A DNA stretch of 64,000 bases from Dicyema japonicum (Eukaryota > Animalia > Dicyemida), in the NCBI GenBank assembly GCA_011109175.1, contig RDEW01000021.1:683295-747294 (forward strand), given 5' to 3'. Below, one piece after another: positions 62,006-64,000 of the stretch. The position numbers and the translations under genes were made by a program. How positions within the stretch are numbered: the first letter of the stretch is position 1; each line of letters opens with the position of its first letter. Below the pieces are notes generated by a model that ran no database searches, was not told the origin of the DNA, and saw only the letters and a list, made by a program, of their open reading frames with translations.

Positions 62006-64000
62006 ATGATTTGTTCGGATGGATTATGGGTTATAAATTTTTGCTGACTAATAGGATACATCACGCACCTGGAATCAATCCAATCCTCAATTTACGGACT
62101 GTTTTATCAACATCATCCTAACTTGGGTTCCTTGTTTGTTGTATTTGGCCGTATCTTTAATTTGGTTCTTTATATCGTTATCCAAAAACACCAACATATT
62201 CGTCTTTAATAAACTTCACATATTTAAAAAAGTTTATTGTGCGTTTTATTTAAGGTCTTGACTTCACTCTTGAGTCTGATCAGTATAGGACATTTGGCAT
62301 GCACCGTTAAATTCCGAACCGAAACCTCGATCGAAGAATTCATATCCACTATTATTTTTGCAGTGGCCATTGTGGACGTTTTTTTTCATTTTTAGGTTTG
62401 GGCCACTTTCTGTACTTTTTACGAAGAAAAACGACGGCTTCCTTGCACTAGTCACCTCACGCTATTCTGGCTTCTCATAACATTCACACAACTGCTTGTG
62501 GTAGCCTCACGTGGGCAACAAAATATATCTGCGGTTTTCTATTTTCTAACTATTAGATGACGTTTTTTCCGAAACTAACATTTATTTTTGTCGTCATTAA
62601 ATTCTCTTTTTTGGTGGTTTTGCTGTTAATCGCCTTACAAGTTGATCGTCTTCCGATAAAACTAACAGGAAATGACGTATTTGTGTTCATTAGAGTCCCT
62701 AGAACTCATTCCCGGATCTAAAGGTCTCATATTTCAACAGCATCACCTGTCTGTGGTTCCTCAAGTAAGAGATCTCCAATATTGTAGATACGTGAATATT
62801 GCCCGCAATAAGATGCTGTCGGCGGAGGACTTGTGGGAGGGAAACTACAAGGTAAACTCTATGGTCCTCAATAATGACATGAAAAACACGATTATGAATA
62901 TAAAAAAGTATGAATTGTTGAATATATTAGATGTGATAGCCCAGAGACCGATAAGTCGGATAAACGTACATTTAGAAGATTATCAGAGTTCCAAATTCTC
63001 AGAGTACTGATTGGGAGTGACTATAAAATCCTTCTCAACGCTTTAGTACTGAATCTGGGGGCCAATCTGCTCAACATAGCTCAGCCAATATTACTTGGGT
63101 TGTCTGGTTGTTATGACATAGCTATGTGATCAACTTTATTACCATAAAGAGTATATTACAGTGGAAGGGGTACTTGTTTACTCTGGGACTCACCTTAGTG
63201 TCCTTAATGTCCGGAATGATGCGTGCCTATTCTGTCAAGCTATCCATGAGCTGTTCAGCCACTATTAGATCCCGAATAATGCTGTTGGTGTTCCACAAAG
63301 TACTCTTTGCTTTGTAAATCAGAGTTTTAGACTCTCTGCGAAGGCCAGGGACGAGTTGCCAGAAGCTTTGGCACTCACATTGATTGGAAGTGACGCTGAA
63401 ATATTTTATGAGACTTTTACGATGATTACGAACCTCTTCAACCTCCCAATAATAATAATCATAATCCTGTACATAATATACACTGATGTGGGGAATCCCA
63501 TGTTTGTGGCGGTTGCTATACTCGTTTTGTCCTTTATTCTAACAGGGATCGCCTCAGCCTACCAAAAGAAATCCCAAGTTGGTCGTTTCTCTCACTTAGA
63601 CACTAAACTTTAGACTAAAAGACCAGAGAACTAATATTCTGTTCCAATTCTTCAACGGAATAAAGGTTGGGGGACCTCGATATTTTAGTTTTTTAAATTA
63701 TATGGCTGGGAGTATCCAATTAAAGAACTCGTGAACTCCATCAGAATTAAAGAACTTTTATATTTGATGTGGTCCTTCTTTTTATCATCATTTGCTATTG
63801 TGATCATGATCACGGGACCGAATTGGGTAGGTCCACGTGGGTCATTCCTAGATTATTCTCGCAACCATTGGTATGTTTATTGAAACGATAAAACCTGGAA
63901 TGTTTAATCCGGGGGTTATTTTCGAGACAATATCCCTGCTGAACATGCTTCGGTCTATCACAATCATTCTACCCCTTATAATTTTCAACATTGTCTCAGT
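62006..64000 (+). CDS. ABCC1: Long-type ABCC (MRP1-like) transporter with TMD0, truncated by window end
   Basis: MICSDGLW|DTSRTWNQSNPQFTDCFINIILTWVPC (MRP1 [28 protein letters not shown]), ATFCTFYEEKRR..LTLFWLL, NSFPDLKVSYFNSITCLWFL, LSAEDLWE, FFNGIKV..LYGWE; many micro-introns. The ORF track start at 62672 is internal. Confidence 0.9.

Overview
Eukaryotic (animal) nuclear scaffold, AT-rich, not prokaryotic. Ten compact host genes can be reconstructed once very short GT-AG introns (19-35 nt, plus one of 50 nt) are spliced by hand: cullin (Cul5-like N-terminus), syntaxin-7/12-like, PDE4-like, GTPBP2, WDR46, EFCAB10, ELAV-like, a SAM-domain protein, PP1 catalytic subunit head-to-head with MRPL10, plus a long-type ABCC1-like transporter cut by the window end. 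They are separated by decayed mobile DNA: RTE, Jockey/I-like and CRE non-LTR retrotransposons; hAT, Tc1, pogo, Merlin and Ginger-like DNA transposons; and putative SINEs. Micro-introns together with a cilia-associated gene fit a dicyemid-type parasite (inference, not verified). Main leads: (1) Merlin and Ginger-like transposase genes carry host-type 22-29 nt introns, one at the same codon position in two diverged Ginger-like copies; (2) a ~320 bp SINE-like element whose 3' end resembles the 3' hairpin and tail of the resident LINE family; (3) twelve 100-142 bp tandem duplications, probably assembly artefacts like the eleven single-N-joined duplications. All protein calls are by-eye motif recognition, not database searches, and mobile-element boundaries are approximate.
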